In this document: positions 17,321 to 24,420 of the stretch, piece by piece
How the letters are laid out: each line of letters begins with the position of its first letter
Numbering within the stretch: the stretch's first letter is position 1
Origin: a virus
Taxonomy: Duplodnaviria; Caudoviricetes
Strand: one strand, 5' to 3'
Length of the DNA: 25,854 nucleotides
Virus record (IMG/VR): IMGVR_UViG_3300020352_000032
Span: 1-25,854 of that record
Notes under the pieces: generated by a model
What the model saw: only the letters and a program-made list of their open reading frames with translations
The model's database searches: none
What the model was told of the DNA's origin: nothing
Made by a program: the position numbers and the translations under genes

Positions 17321-17559
17321 GCAAGAGGGTCGTCATAAGGGTCAAGTTCAAATTCTGAAATCAGGCGGCATAAGTACCACCTGGCTTTGCGAAGGTCTTC
17401 AAGGCCATTTTTTTGGCGATACCTCCAGATGTATTTGATGCAGTTGCCGCGCAGATAACCAAAAAATTCATCGGTTGTCATTGCGGCTTTGATTGCTTCA
17501 ATACACTCCACGCCCTTAGAGCTTTGGTAGTGCGCTGGAGCGTTGACAGAATCAGTCAT
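17317..17559 (-). CDS. DUF3310 / SaV-like protein (related to T7 gp1.7 nucleotide kinase)
   Basis: 'DSVNAPAHY...ECIEAI...GYLRGNCIKYIWR...KNGLEDLRKARWYL'. Confidence 0.88.
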   Translation of the reverse strand: MTDSVNAPAHYQSSKGVECIEAIKAAMTTDEFFGYLRGNCIKYIWRYRQKNGLEDLRKARWYLCRLISEFELDPYDDPLA

Positions 17560-17815
17560 CAAATTCAATCGGAGGAATGACGCACCAATCAGTAATCCAG
17601 GGCAACATGCGTAGCACTTGTTCCTGTGTTGGTGCGTTTGTATGGTCTAATGGTTCGTCCCAGAGAATGACTGCTTGACAGTGAGCAGAGTCAAACTCGG
17701 GTGGATCTAGATGTGTTGCAGGTAAGACCTGAACAGCATCATCGACAATGGCCTGGACATGCAGGAGATCGGATCCTGTGTTGTAGCTGTAGCAGATTAG
17801 TTGAGCGTGGGCCAT
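17552..17815 (-). CDS. Hypothetical protein
   Basis: ATG 17815 lies 25 nt after TGTGCTACTGT; overlaps the DUF3310 start. Confidence 0.65.
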   Translation of the reverse strand: MAHAQLICYSYNTGSDLLHVQAIVDDAVQVLPATHLDPPEFDSAHCQAVILWDEPLDHTNAPTQEQVLRMLPWITDWCVIPPIEFDD

Positions 17816-17837
17816 GGTGGGGCTCCGAACGACTTGC

Positions 17838-18197
17838 TTACAGTAGCACACCAAGAACAACGAGAACGGCAGAATGCCCTGGAACGTATGTATATGTCAG
17901 ATGTTCCGCAATGCTGGGGAAGAACTCATGTGCATAGGTGCTCAAGACGCTGGCATCGATACCAGAATTGCGCGCAGTCTCTATGTCTCGTTCCAGGCGG
18001 CAGAAATCCTCAGGTGTGTCGTGATACAAATCTTCACAAACACTGATGGGTAGTAGGTTCGCTCCATACGCCGTATACCGCACAATTGCTAAATAAGGTG
18101 TCGGACCTCTTAGTTCGTCGTGCCTTATGGGAGCCCACTTTCGCATTGGACCGCAGTGCCTAACACCAGTCTGGCTCAGGAGCCAATCATTGAGCAT
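17838..18197 (-). CDS. Hypothetical protein
   Basis: ORF on the operon strand; start may be 18146 (MRKWAP...). Confidence 0.55.
   Translation of the reverse strand: MLNDWLLSQTGVRHCGPMRKWAPIRHDELRGPTPYLAIVRYTAYGANLLPISVCEDLYHDTPEDFCRLERDIETARNSGIDASVLSTYAHEFFPSIAEHLTYTYVPGHSAVLVVLGVLL
17840..17850 (-). promoter_or_regulatory. Extended -10 promoter TGTGCTACTGT
   Basis: 10/11 identical to the site at 14068-14078, with similar distance to the ATG. Confidence 0.55.
17852..17893 (+). repeat. Dispersed direct repeat, copy 1
   Basis: CAAGAACAACGAGAACGGCAGAAT-gcc-CTGGAACGTATGTAT; 39/42 identical to 22555-22596. Confidence 0.95.
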
Positions 18198-18221
18198 AAT
18201 GTAGTAGTGGGCATTTTTACA

Positions 18222-18419
18222 ATGGATCCAAACCGCGAATTTGTCTACGAGCGGTACGCCCGTAAAATTTCCAGCTGCGAAAACACGAAAGAACTGCAGG
18301 AGTTGGCCTGCAAGTTCTTTCGCCTTTACCTAACACAACAGGAAGTAGTGGAAGGTCTGATCAAAAAGGGCTGGCTACCCGATTTACCGGAACTAACTAA
18401 TGACCCTGACGCCCGCTAG
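18222..18419 (+). CDS. nblA: NblA-like phycobilisome degradation adaptor
   Basis: MDPNREFVYERYARKISSCENTKELQELACKFFRLYLTQQEVVEGLIKKGW: size (65 aa) and two-helix pattern resemble NblA. Lone + strand gene in a - strand block. Confidence 0.55.
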   Translation: MDPNREFVYERYARKISSCENTKELQELACKFFRLYLTQQEVVEGLIKKGWLPDLPELTNDPDAR

Positions 18420-18713
18420 TCGTTCGTTGTGAAAGGCATAACGTGCATTTCTATTGGCTGTAACCTGTTCAGCCGTTTGCTTAAAGCAGGCCCGTTTTGT
18501 TTCTACAGGAATACAGGAAAGGATTTTTTGCATTTTAAAAACAAAAAACTCTTCGTCTTCACTGACTTTTTCGGAGGATAAGCGGGACGCCTGAACTCCA
18601 TTGGATAGAGAGCTAACCATCCAGTAAGAAAAAACAGGCGATTCCAACAGATCCCTTAACAGGATGTTTTCAGAAGCTGCAAGGACGTTTTCGGGCAAAT
18701 CAAAGGTAGGCAT
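18393..18713 (-). CDS. Hypothetical protein
   Basis: ATG with TACTCT -10-like box at 18733-18738. Confidence 0.6.
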   Translation of the reverse strand: MPTFDLPENVLAASENILLRDLLESPVFSYWMVSSLSNGVQASRLSSEKVSEDEEFFVFKMQKILSCIPVETKRACFKQTAEQVTANRNARYAFHNERLAGVRVIS

Positions 18714-18754
18714 GGGTGTAAGTAGGTTTACTAGAGTAGTGGACCGTCAGAATC

Positions 18755-19288
18755 CTACACGAAGTCCTCGTCAAAGTCACCAGCCAAAAATTTATTTATC
18801 AGTTTCTTCAAAAAGTACGTCCTTTTTACATCTATAGCATCCAACTTTGCATCCATACGCTCCACCAAATCCGCAGGCATGTTGCTCACGGTAAAGGTTT
18901 GTTTCTGTGCTGGTCCGGGCGTAAGTAACTGCAACTTTTTACTTTCTGGTTTAAAAGTATTGAAAGAACTAATAAGCGTACCAAACGCTTTGTTGTCGTA
19001 TTTGGTGGACGGCTGCTGGGCAAGAACCCTAATCGTAGTGCCAGGCTCAATACTGGCGATAGTTTCATGTTGCTGCTGAAGGGGCATATCGCTATGGCAG
19101 TAACACCGCATACTTGTAGCAGGGTTATTTAAGCGATCATATATTTGAGCTGAAGGACTGATAATTATACCTTCTATGTACGGGCGTTTATTACTATCAG
19201 CAGCAGCAAAAGTTACGCAAACTTCAATGGGCAAGCTGTCTGCATACCTACCCACTTTGAAATTAAGTTCGGTTTCTTGCGACAGCAT
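18755..19288 (-). CDS. Hypothetical protein with C-terminal ribbon-helix-helix-like domain
   Basis: C-terminal 'QTFTVSNMPADLVERMDAKLDAIDVKRTYFLKKLINKFL'. TAGTAT box (19312-19317) 24 nt upstream of the ATG. Confidence 0.65.
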   Translation of the reverse strand: MLSQETELNFKVGRYADSLPIEVCVTFAAADSNKRPYIEGIIISPSAQIYDRLNNPATSMRCYCHSDMPLQQQHETIASIEPGTTIRVLAQQPSTKYDNKAFGTLISSFNTFKPESKKLQLLTPGPAQKQTFTVSNMPADLVERMDAKLDAIDVKRTYFLKKLINKFLAGDFDEDFV

Positions 19289-19333
19289 GTGAAGGTTTGT
19301 AAGGCCCTCACATACTACACAGACAAACCTAGG

Positions 19334-21730
19334 TCAGTCAGACCACTTGTTCCAGGCCGCGTCCATCAGGGCGTCTGATTCCTCCTTGGTACGGTCCATC
19401 TGCCTCGCGCGGGGATATTGCCCTGAGCGTCCAGTCTGGGCAGAACCCGCACCACCACTGGGTTCTGAGGCTGGACAGCCCCCCGCATCAAGTGCAATGT
19501 GTCCAGGCTCGGCATCCGCACCTAGTTCCAGGCTGGACACTTCTTCTTTTTCTGGGGTGCTGTCCACCCTGACATCCGTTCCAGTGGAAGGGTTTTCCTT
19601 AGGTGGACACACATACGCAACCTCTCCACACGCGAGGACAGCCTGGTACGTCTTTTTTCCGTACCTACCAGCCCCTGGAATCTCAGAAATAAGACCACGC
19701 TTTACCAACCGTTGGAGCGACTTCTGGATGGCGGCAGTTTTTCCACCCACCACTGGATCGGAATTGAGGTCTGTATTGGAAAATGCACGGGGGTGCCCAA
19801 TACGAAGCCTCTGGAGCACCTTGTCAGTGACGCTGGAAGGCGAGGTATTGCTGTCATCGACCTCTGGGGTGAAATCAGCCACGGAGAAGCTCAGGTCGTC
19901 CTCCTGGCGCATGATGAGCGCCGTGCCGGAGCGACCGAACCGCGATTTTTCAATGGTGATGATCCGGCTGTCCGCTAAAGCGGGACTTTTTTCCACTTCG
20001 TCTTTGCTGGGCTTACGAAGTGAAAGTGTGGTATCCACAGCATCCCGAATGGCAGAGGTGCCACGGAAACCGCCCTGTTTGTTGGCGTGATGAATGATCA
20101 GGATGGTTGTCGCTGGAAATAGAACCCCGTTATTCCTGGTCAGCCAATACAACGGCGTTGCAAAGTCACTTTTGTTTTCATCAAAAGCCCTACCACCAGA
20201 ACAACCAATCAGCGAGTCAATAACAACAAGCTTTGGTTGGACCTTTTCCATCAGCTTGATGAACTGGGCATAACGCTGGAGCGACCAGTCCGTGAGCAGC
20301 TTGGTCTTTTCATCCAACGGGTACTCAACCTCTTCCAACTGCTCTTTGAGCTGGAGAAGCGGCTGGTCACCATTCAGAAGCAGCACAGGGCCTTGCTGGA
20401 CTGGAACGTGCCTACCACGGACCACAAAGGGCGCTCCGGTAGCAATGTGCCGCGCCAAGGTCCAAGCAAACATGGATTTGCCATCACCACCAGCGCCATA
20501 GATCAGGGCAACGGAAGGGTGCGGAAGCACATCAGGGATCAGATATTCACGCTGACCCTCTAAGTCTTGGAGCGCAGCCACATCCATAAGCCCCTTAGCG
20601 CCTTCAAACTGGATCTGATCAACGATCAGCTTTTCAAGTGCAAACTGGTCCCGATAACCAGCATCAAGCGCCAAGCTATTTAGCTTGAAGTTCATTTCAG
20701 CGGGGTTATCCAGCTCCAAATAGGAACGAGCCTTTTGAATTACTTCCTCAAAGCACAATGAAACCCGCTGATAGAAAACAGACTTGGCTTCAACTTCATC
20801 AACAACTGAGCCGCAGCCATCACGGGTGAAGCGTGCCCGTTCTGGGTCGTAATGATCAGCCAGCCGGATGAGGCTTCCAAAGCCAAGACCACCTTGGGAC
20901 TTGAAGCCATTTTCCCAGCGGCTTTGGCAGGGGTCTTTGCCATCAGCCCAGTCATCTTCGTATTCCGAATCCTGAAGCGACCATTCACGCCACAGGTTGA
21001 GACCTTCATCACCAGGCAGGTCGGACTGGAGCATGGCGCCGATCTGCCACCAGAGCTGTTCAGAGCCGCGGCCTTGTGGCTGGATGACTGACAAACAGGA
21101 CTGAGCAATGGCAATCCGTTCTTCAGTGGAACGCATTGACCAGCGACCATCACGGAGGGACTTACCCACCTTTTTGTCGTTCTTAGCCTTGAACGACTGC
21201 TTCATACGCTCTAAGAGCCACTTAGGAGCCTCTGGAACGGCGTTTAGGTCACCTTTAAGCGTGTAACTACCACCAGCGGGGTAGGCACCGTTTAGAAGCC
21301 CTTGACGGCCCCAGAGCACTTCCCAGCCTTCACCGCTACCAGCAAGGCTGATGTCCGAGACCTCAGTCCAAAGTTCGGATGGAACGGTGAACAGAAACTT
21401 TGCAGCCGCTTTTTTAGGCGACTTAATGCGTGGAGCCTTGGCTAGGTCTTTGCCCCACTTGGCCTCAACAGCGCCGAGATTGGCATCAACGTCAAGGATG
21501 ACCAGCCCTTCAGAGCGTGGTCCTGTGAAAACACCAACAGCCTGGAACTTTTCAGGCTCACGTTCAATGACCATCGCCGTGGCTTCGGGCGACATCTTGT
21601 CGTGGTGCGCCCTACCAAGCGGATTTTTGCCACAGGCTTCACCGCCTTTTGGCATTGGAACGCCTTTTTTGTAGATAGGCGCTGTTGCCCACTGGTTCGG
21701 CAAAGACCGAACAAACGACAGCAGATTCAT
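19334..21730 (-). CDS. Primase-polymerase (AEP PrimPol) + PriCT-2 + RepA-like AAA helicase + winged-helix-like region
   Basis: 'GKNP', 'VGVFTG', 'LVILDVD' (PrimPol); 'WWQIGAML...LWREWS' (PriCT-2); Walker A GAGGDGKS, Walker B LVVIDS, 'IIHHANK', 'RGTSAI', 'EKSR'. Confidence 0.92.
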   Translation of the reverse strand: MNLLSFVRSLPNQWATAPIYKKGVPMPKGGEACGKNPLGRAHHDKMSPEATAMVIEREPEKFQAVGVFTGPRSEGLVILDVDANLGAVEAKWGKDLAKAPRIKSPKKAAAKFLFTVPSELWTEVSDISLAGSGEGWEVLWGRQGLLNGAYPAGGSYTLKGDLNAVPEAPKWLLERMKQSFKAKNDKKVGKSLRDGRWSMRSTEERIAIAQSCLSVIQPQGRGSEQLWWQIGAMLQSDLPGDEGLNLWREWSLQDSEYEDDWADGKDPCQSRWENGFKSQGGLGFGSLIRLADHYDPERARFTRDGCGSVVDEVEAKSVFYQRVSLCFEEVIQKARSYLELDNPAEMNFKLNSLALDAGYRDQFALEKLIVDQIQFEGAKGLMDVAALQDLEGQREYLIPDVLPHPSVALIYGAGGDGKSMFAWTLARHIATGAPFVVRGRHVPVQQGPVLLLNGDQPLLQLKEQLEEVEYPLDEKTKLLTDWSLQRYAQFIKLMEKVQPKLVVIDSLIGCSGGRAFDENKSDFATPLYWLTRNNGVLFPATTILIIHHANKQGGFRGTSAIRDAVDTTLSLRKPSKDEVEKSPALADSRIITIEKSRFGRSGTALIMRQEDDLSFSVADFTPEVDDSNTSPSSVTDKVLQRLRIGHPRAFSNTDLNSDPVVGGKTAAIQKSLQRLVKRGLISEIPGAGRYGKKTYQAVLACGEVAYVCPPKENPSTGTDVRVDSTPEKEEVSSLELGADAEPGHIALDAGGCPASEPSGGAGSAQTGRSGQYPRARQMDRTKEESDALMDAAWNKWSD
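19429..19609. repeat. Three consecutive inverted-repeat pairs of a GTCCA(G/C) motif; candidate replication origin
   Basis: GTCCAGTCT 19429 / AGGCTGGAC 19468 (inner CAGAACCC/GGGTTCTG); GTGTCCAG 19499 / CTGGACAC 19533; TGTCCACC 19561 / GGTGGACA 19602. The repeats are certain; the origin function is inferred. Confidence 0.6.
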
Positions 21731-21761
21731 TTGCTAAACTCCTACAGGGAAGTGTTTGTAT

Positions 21762-21796
21762 GCGCCCTAGAGTCTTGCCAACTCTGGGGCGCTTTT
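21762..21796. terminator. 12-bp stem-loop followed by TTTT on + strand; lies in the primase 5' leader on - strand
   Basis: GCGCCCTAGAGT-cttgcca-ACTCTGGGGCGC-TTTT (one G.T pair). Confidence 0.55.
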
Positions 21797-21797
21797 C

Positions 21798-21837
21798 ATT
21801 GTAGCGGACCTGTCCACCCTCATCAATGTGCTATATT
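21798..21837. promoter_or_regulatory. Divergent promoters for primase (GCTACAAT, -) and SSB (TGTGCTATATT, +) flanking a GGAC-CT-GTCC element
   Basis: TACAAT on - at 21798-21803; TGTGCTATATT on + at 21827-21837; intergenic between divergent genes. Confidence 0.55.
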
Positions 21838-21880
21838 GGCCAAGCACCGGGCAGTTCTAGCCCACAGCTAAAGCCATTCA

Positions 21881-22459
21881 ATGGGATTTTTAAAGAACAA
21901 AGAGGCCGTTGCAGGCGGCGCAGGCGGCGGTTATTTGAACCCCAGCAAGATCCAGGCAGGCAGCCAGGTTCGTTTTGCGTTGCTCGCCGAAGAGCCACTG
22001 GAATTTTATGAGTGCTGGGGCGAAGCTACAGACGGCACCGTAAGGCCATTCCGTTTTCTTGACGACCCATCACCTGCTGATGTTGAGCAAGAAATGGGGC
22101 CAGGATATTCACGCCGGATGAACCGTGAAGGCACTGGACCGGAAGTCGTCAAGTTTGCGATTGCTGTGCCCTGCTACAGCCACGAGTCAAGAACCATTCA
22201 AGTTCTGAGCATCACTCAGAAGTCGATCATCAAGGAATTTGACAGTCTTTCCCAGATGCCTGAATATGAAAACCTGATGGAATGGGACTTTGTCTTGAGC
22301 AAGGAAGGCTCAGGACTAAACACGGAATACACGCTTCGGCCTGTACCCCGTAAGTCCAGCCAAGCGGTACTGGATAAGACATGGGACGCAGCATTAAAGG
22401 CTGGTTTTGACATCACCAGGCTGATTTCCGGTGGTAATCCATTCAAGGAAGCTGCCTAG
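21881..22459 (+). CDS. Putative single-stranded DNA-binding protein
   Basis: 'GGYLNPSK...VRFALL', 'QVLSITQKSI', 'WDFVLSKEGSGLNTEYTLRP', C-terminal 'GGNPF' resemble phage OB-fold SSBs; located between primase and exonuclease. Confidence 0.65.
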   Translation: MGFLKNKEAVAGGAGGGYLNPSKIQAGSQVRFALLAEEPLEFYECWGEATDGTVRPFRFLDDPSPADVEQEMGPGYSRRMNREGTGPEVVKFAIAVPCYSHESRTIQVLSITQKSIIKEFDSLSQMPEYENLMEWDFVLSKEGSGLNTEYTLRPVPRKSSQAVLDKTWDAALKAGFDITRLISGGNPFKEAA

Positions 22460-22469
22460 CACCTAATAA

Positions 22470-22503
22470 GGCCCCGTGTTCCTATGGCACGGGGTTTTTT
22501 ATT
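22470..22503 (+). terminator. Rho-independent terminator
   Basis: GGCCCCGTG-ttcctatgg-CACGGGGTT followed by TTTTATT, 10 nt after the SSB stop. Confidence 0.85.
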
Positions 22504-22533
22504 GGCTATAGTAGATATGGGAAAGAGTATTTT

Positions 22534-22680
22534 ATGACCTCTAGGGAACAGGTACAAGAACAACGAGAACGGCAGAATAGGCTGGAACGTATGTATCTGG
22601 ACGATGGCAGAGACGACCCCAAGCACCCCTACCACAGACTGTTCACCGGACTTAAGCAAGGTACCGGAGACACAAATTGA
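22534..22680 (+). CDS. Small hypothetical protein (48 aa, not in ORF track)
   Basis: MTSREQVQEQRERQNRLERMYLDDGRDDPKHPYHRLFTGLKQGTGDTN; TATAGT box at 22507-22512, 22 nt before the ATG. Confidence 0.65.
   Translation: MTSREQVQEQRERQNRLERMYLDDGRDDPKHPYHRLFTGLKQGTGDTN
22555..22596 (+). repeat. Dispersed direct repeat, copy 2
   Basis: CAAGAACAACGAGAACGGCAGAAT-agg-CTGGAACGTATGTAT. Confidence 0.95.
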
Positions 22681-22810
22681 AACAGAATCCGACTCGATGG
22701 TACGTATCACGGTCGGCGATAAGGTCGGCTGGGTTAGTTCATACCACCTAATAGTCCCGAAGGAAAATCAGCTTATAAAAGCATGGTTAGCGAAACACAG
22801 GAAAGACTGA
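22604..22810 (+). CDS. Hypothetical protein
   Basis: Bridges the 48-aa ORF and the exonuclease; protein-like core 'VRITVGDKVGWVSSYHLIVPK'. Confidence 0.55.
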   Translation: MAETTPSTPTTDCSPDLSKVPETQIETESDSMVRITVGDKVGWVSSYHLIVPKENQLIKAWLAKHRKD

Positions 22811-23607
22811 ATAACCTAGGTAAAAATACCCTGGTACGTGATGATTCTGGCTCTTTCCGCGTGTATCGGGATGACGCTGGCAGCGTTTTTCACAGTGTTA
22901 CGCACATCCTCAAAGAAACGGCACCCGAATGGCAACAGCAAGCCTTGGAACGGTGGCTCACTAGACCGACTGCTAGTGAAGACCGAGACATGGCTGCAAA
23001 GCGTGGAACGCTTGCCCATGATCACGCGGAACGTCTACTACGAGTCACCAGAAAACTCGCCGTCCAAACCGCCAAAAAACGAAAAAGCCTAAAAGAGAAC
23101 AAGGAGGGCCTGGAACGTTGTCCACCAGCCATCACCAGCTGGGCCCTCGATAAGGCCATTCAAAGTGCACCTAGGGTTGCCTGGAGCGCATCAGGCTATG
23201 CACGCGGCCTACGTGGCTGGATCGAATCCAACCTTGCGGCCATTCATGCGATTGAATTTAGCGTCCGCCACCCGCTTGGTTTTGCTGGAACGGCAGACGC
23301 CCTGCTGGAGGTAAAAGACCGTAAAGGACTCTATGTAGTGGACTGGAAAACCAGCGTCCGCGAAAGAAACGAGGACATGTTACAAAACTACATAGACCAA
23401 TGCGGCGCATACTCGCTGGGACTACGCGAAAATACTGGCATTCAAGCGACTGGAGCGTTGATTGTGGTGGCACGTCGTACCGGAGCGCCGCAGGTCCGCG
23501 AGCTATCCGCACTAGAGCTAATCGGCGCCGAAACTAGGTTCAAGGAAAGGGTGGAACGTTATTTCTCGGGCCTTGCGGCCCTCGAAAACGCCATTCATTA
23601 CGAATAG
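22783..23607 (+). CDS. PD-(D/E)XK family exonuclease
   Basis: 'SVTHIL', 'RGTLAH', 'IEF', 'FAGTADAL', 'VVDWKTS', 'QCGAY'. Confidence 0.88.
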   Translation: MVSETQERLNNLGKNTLVRDDSGSFRVYRDDAGSVFHSVTHILKETAPEWQQQALERWLTRPTASEDRDMAAKRGTLAHDHAERLLRVTRKLAVQTAKKRKSLKENKEGLERCPPAITSWALDKAIQSAPRVAWSASGYARGLRGWIESNLAAIHAIEFSVRHPLGFAGTADALLEVKDRKGLYVVDWKTSVRERNEDMLQNYIDQCGAYSLGLRENTGIQATGALIVVARRTGAPQVRELSALELIGAETRFKERVERYFSGLAALENAIHYE

Positions 23608-23855
23608 CAGGACGCTAAAAATTCGCCTTTGCCGAGATCGCCGCATTCAATAGGCCATGGCCTAATTTGCCATTCAAGCAGCTGGAACGTGCTTCCACAT
23701 GCCGCCAGCGCACACCGGGTCGCGTGATGCACTGACGTGGATATTACGAAATATTGCGAGGTGGTACGTCCGTCACCCATGGTGAGCAACACAAGACGCG
23801 GACACGCAAAGAAGCGGGCTGCGTCCGCGGTTGGAGCATTGTTCACGCTAGGCAA
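23598..23855 (-). CDS. Possible hypothetical protein
   Basis: Longest ORF filling this gap; TTG start, no recognisable motif. Confidence 0.3.
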   Translation of the reverse strand: MPSVNNAPTADAARFFACPRLVLLTMGDGRTTSQYFVISTSVHHATRCALAACGSTFQLLEWQIRPWPIECGDLGKGEFLASCYS

Positions 23856-23866
23856 TGCAAAGTAAG

Positions 23867-23890
23867 GCCAGCCCCTAGGTTAGGGCTGGC
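23867..23890 (-). terminator. GC-rich hairpin, possible terminator
   Basis: GCCAGCCC-ctaggtta-GGGCTGGC directly after the stop of 23897..24106 (-); weak U-tail (CTTACTTT). Confidence 0.45.
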
Positions 23891-23896
23891 ACGATT

Positions 23897-24106
23897 TCAG
23901 CCGTGGTGGTTTGCCATCTTTGTTGATAATCTGTCGACGGTTAAATCGTGATGTTCTTTTAAATCTGAGGCATCGGCGTTAAAGCATCGACGCCAGAATT
24001 TAAGGTCCACATCCTCTAAAGCGTTGTCATGAAATTCAGCGTAAAAAGCCAGGGCGTTAACGATGGCAAACTTTACGTCTGCGTCGGATAGCGATTCTTT
24101 GTTCAT
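23897..24106 (-). CDS. Hypothetical protein
   Basis: ATG-started helical ORF downstream of the HTH gene. Confidence 0.6.
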   Translation of the reverse strand: MNKESLSDADVKFAIVNALAFYAEFHDNALEDVDLKFWRRCFNADASDLKEHHDLTVDRLSTKMANHHG

Positions 24107-24144
24107 TGGTTCGTGATTGGTGGCGGTGTGTGCCTAGTGGAAGC

Positions 24145-24414
24145 CTAGGAAAATTTTGCGAGTGTTGAGGCTGCTTTAAGCGCGATTTCATAGTTTTCGC
24201 ACTGTGTCGCTTTATTAAGAATCTGGAGGGTTGCCTTGATTGCAAGATCCCGTGGAGCGTTGCCGTCGGCGTCCAAATTGTTGGCCTCAGTAATCCACCG
24301 ATAGGCGGAAGTTTTCGAGACGCCCTGCCCTTCCAGGTAGCGAACAATCACCTGCCTGGGCTGGTTCGATTCTTGGAATGCGCGGATCTCCTGGATTGCT
24401 TCAACGCGTTGCAT
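24145..24414 (-). CDS. Helix-turn-helix DNA-binding protein
   Basis: 'RQVIVRYLEGQGVSKTSAYRWI' HTH pattern plus a C-terminal helical hairpin reminiscent of small terminase-like proteins. Confidence 0.7.
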   Translation of the reverse strand: MQRVEAIQEIRAFQESNQPRQVIVRYLEGQGVSKTSAYRWITEANNLDADGNAPRDLAIKATLQILNKATQCENYEIALKAASTLAKFS

Positions 24415-24420
24415 GACTAA

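Noticed and set aside
17801-18046. + strand 81-aa ORF containing the repeat translation QEQRERQNALERMY
   Set aside because: TTG start, fully antisense to - strand genes, and similarity to the 48-aa ORF stops at the repeat edge.
19347-21674. + strand ORFs opposite the primase (for example 247 aa at 19347-20090)
   Set aside because: Shadow frames of a well-supported gene with no recognisable protein features.
17852-22606. Direct repeat pair as a diversity-generating retroelement TR/VR
   Set aside because: Too short, mismatches are not confined to adenines, and there is no reverse transcriptase in the window.
22783-23607. Nuclease as Cas4 or a defence gene
   Set aside because: No four-Cys Fe-S pattern evident and no cas context; the SSB/primase neighbourhood fits a replication-recombination exonuclease.
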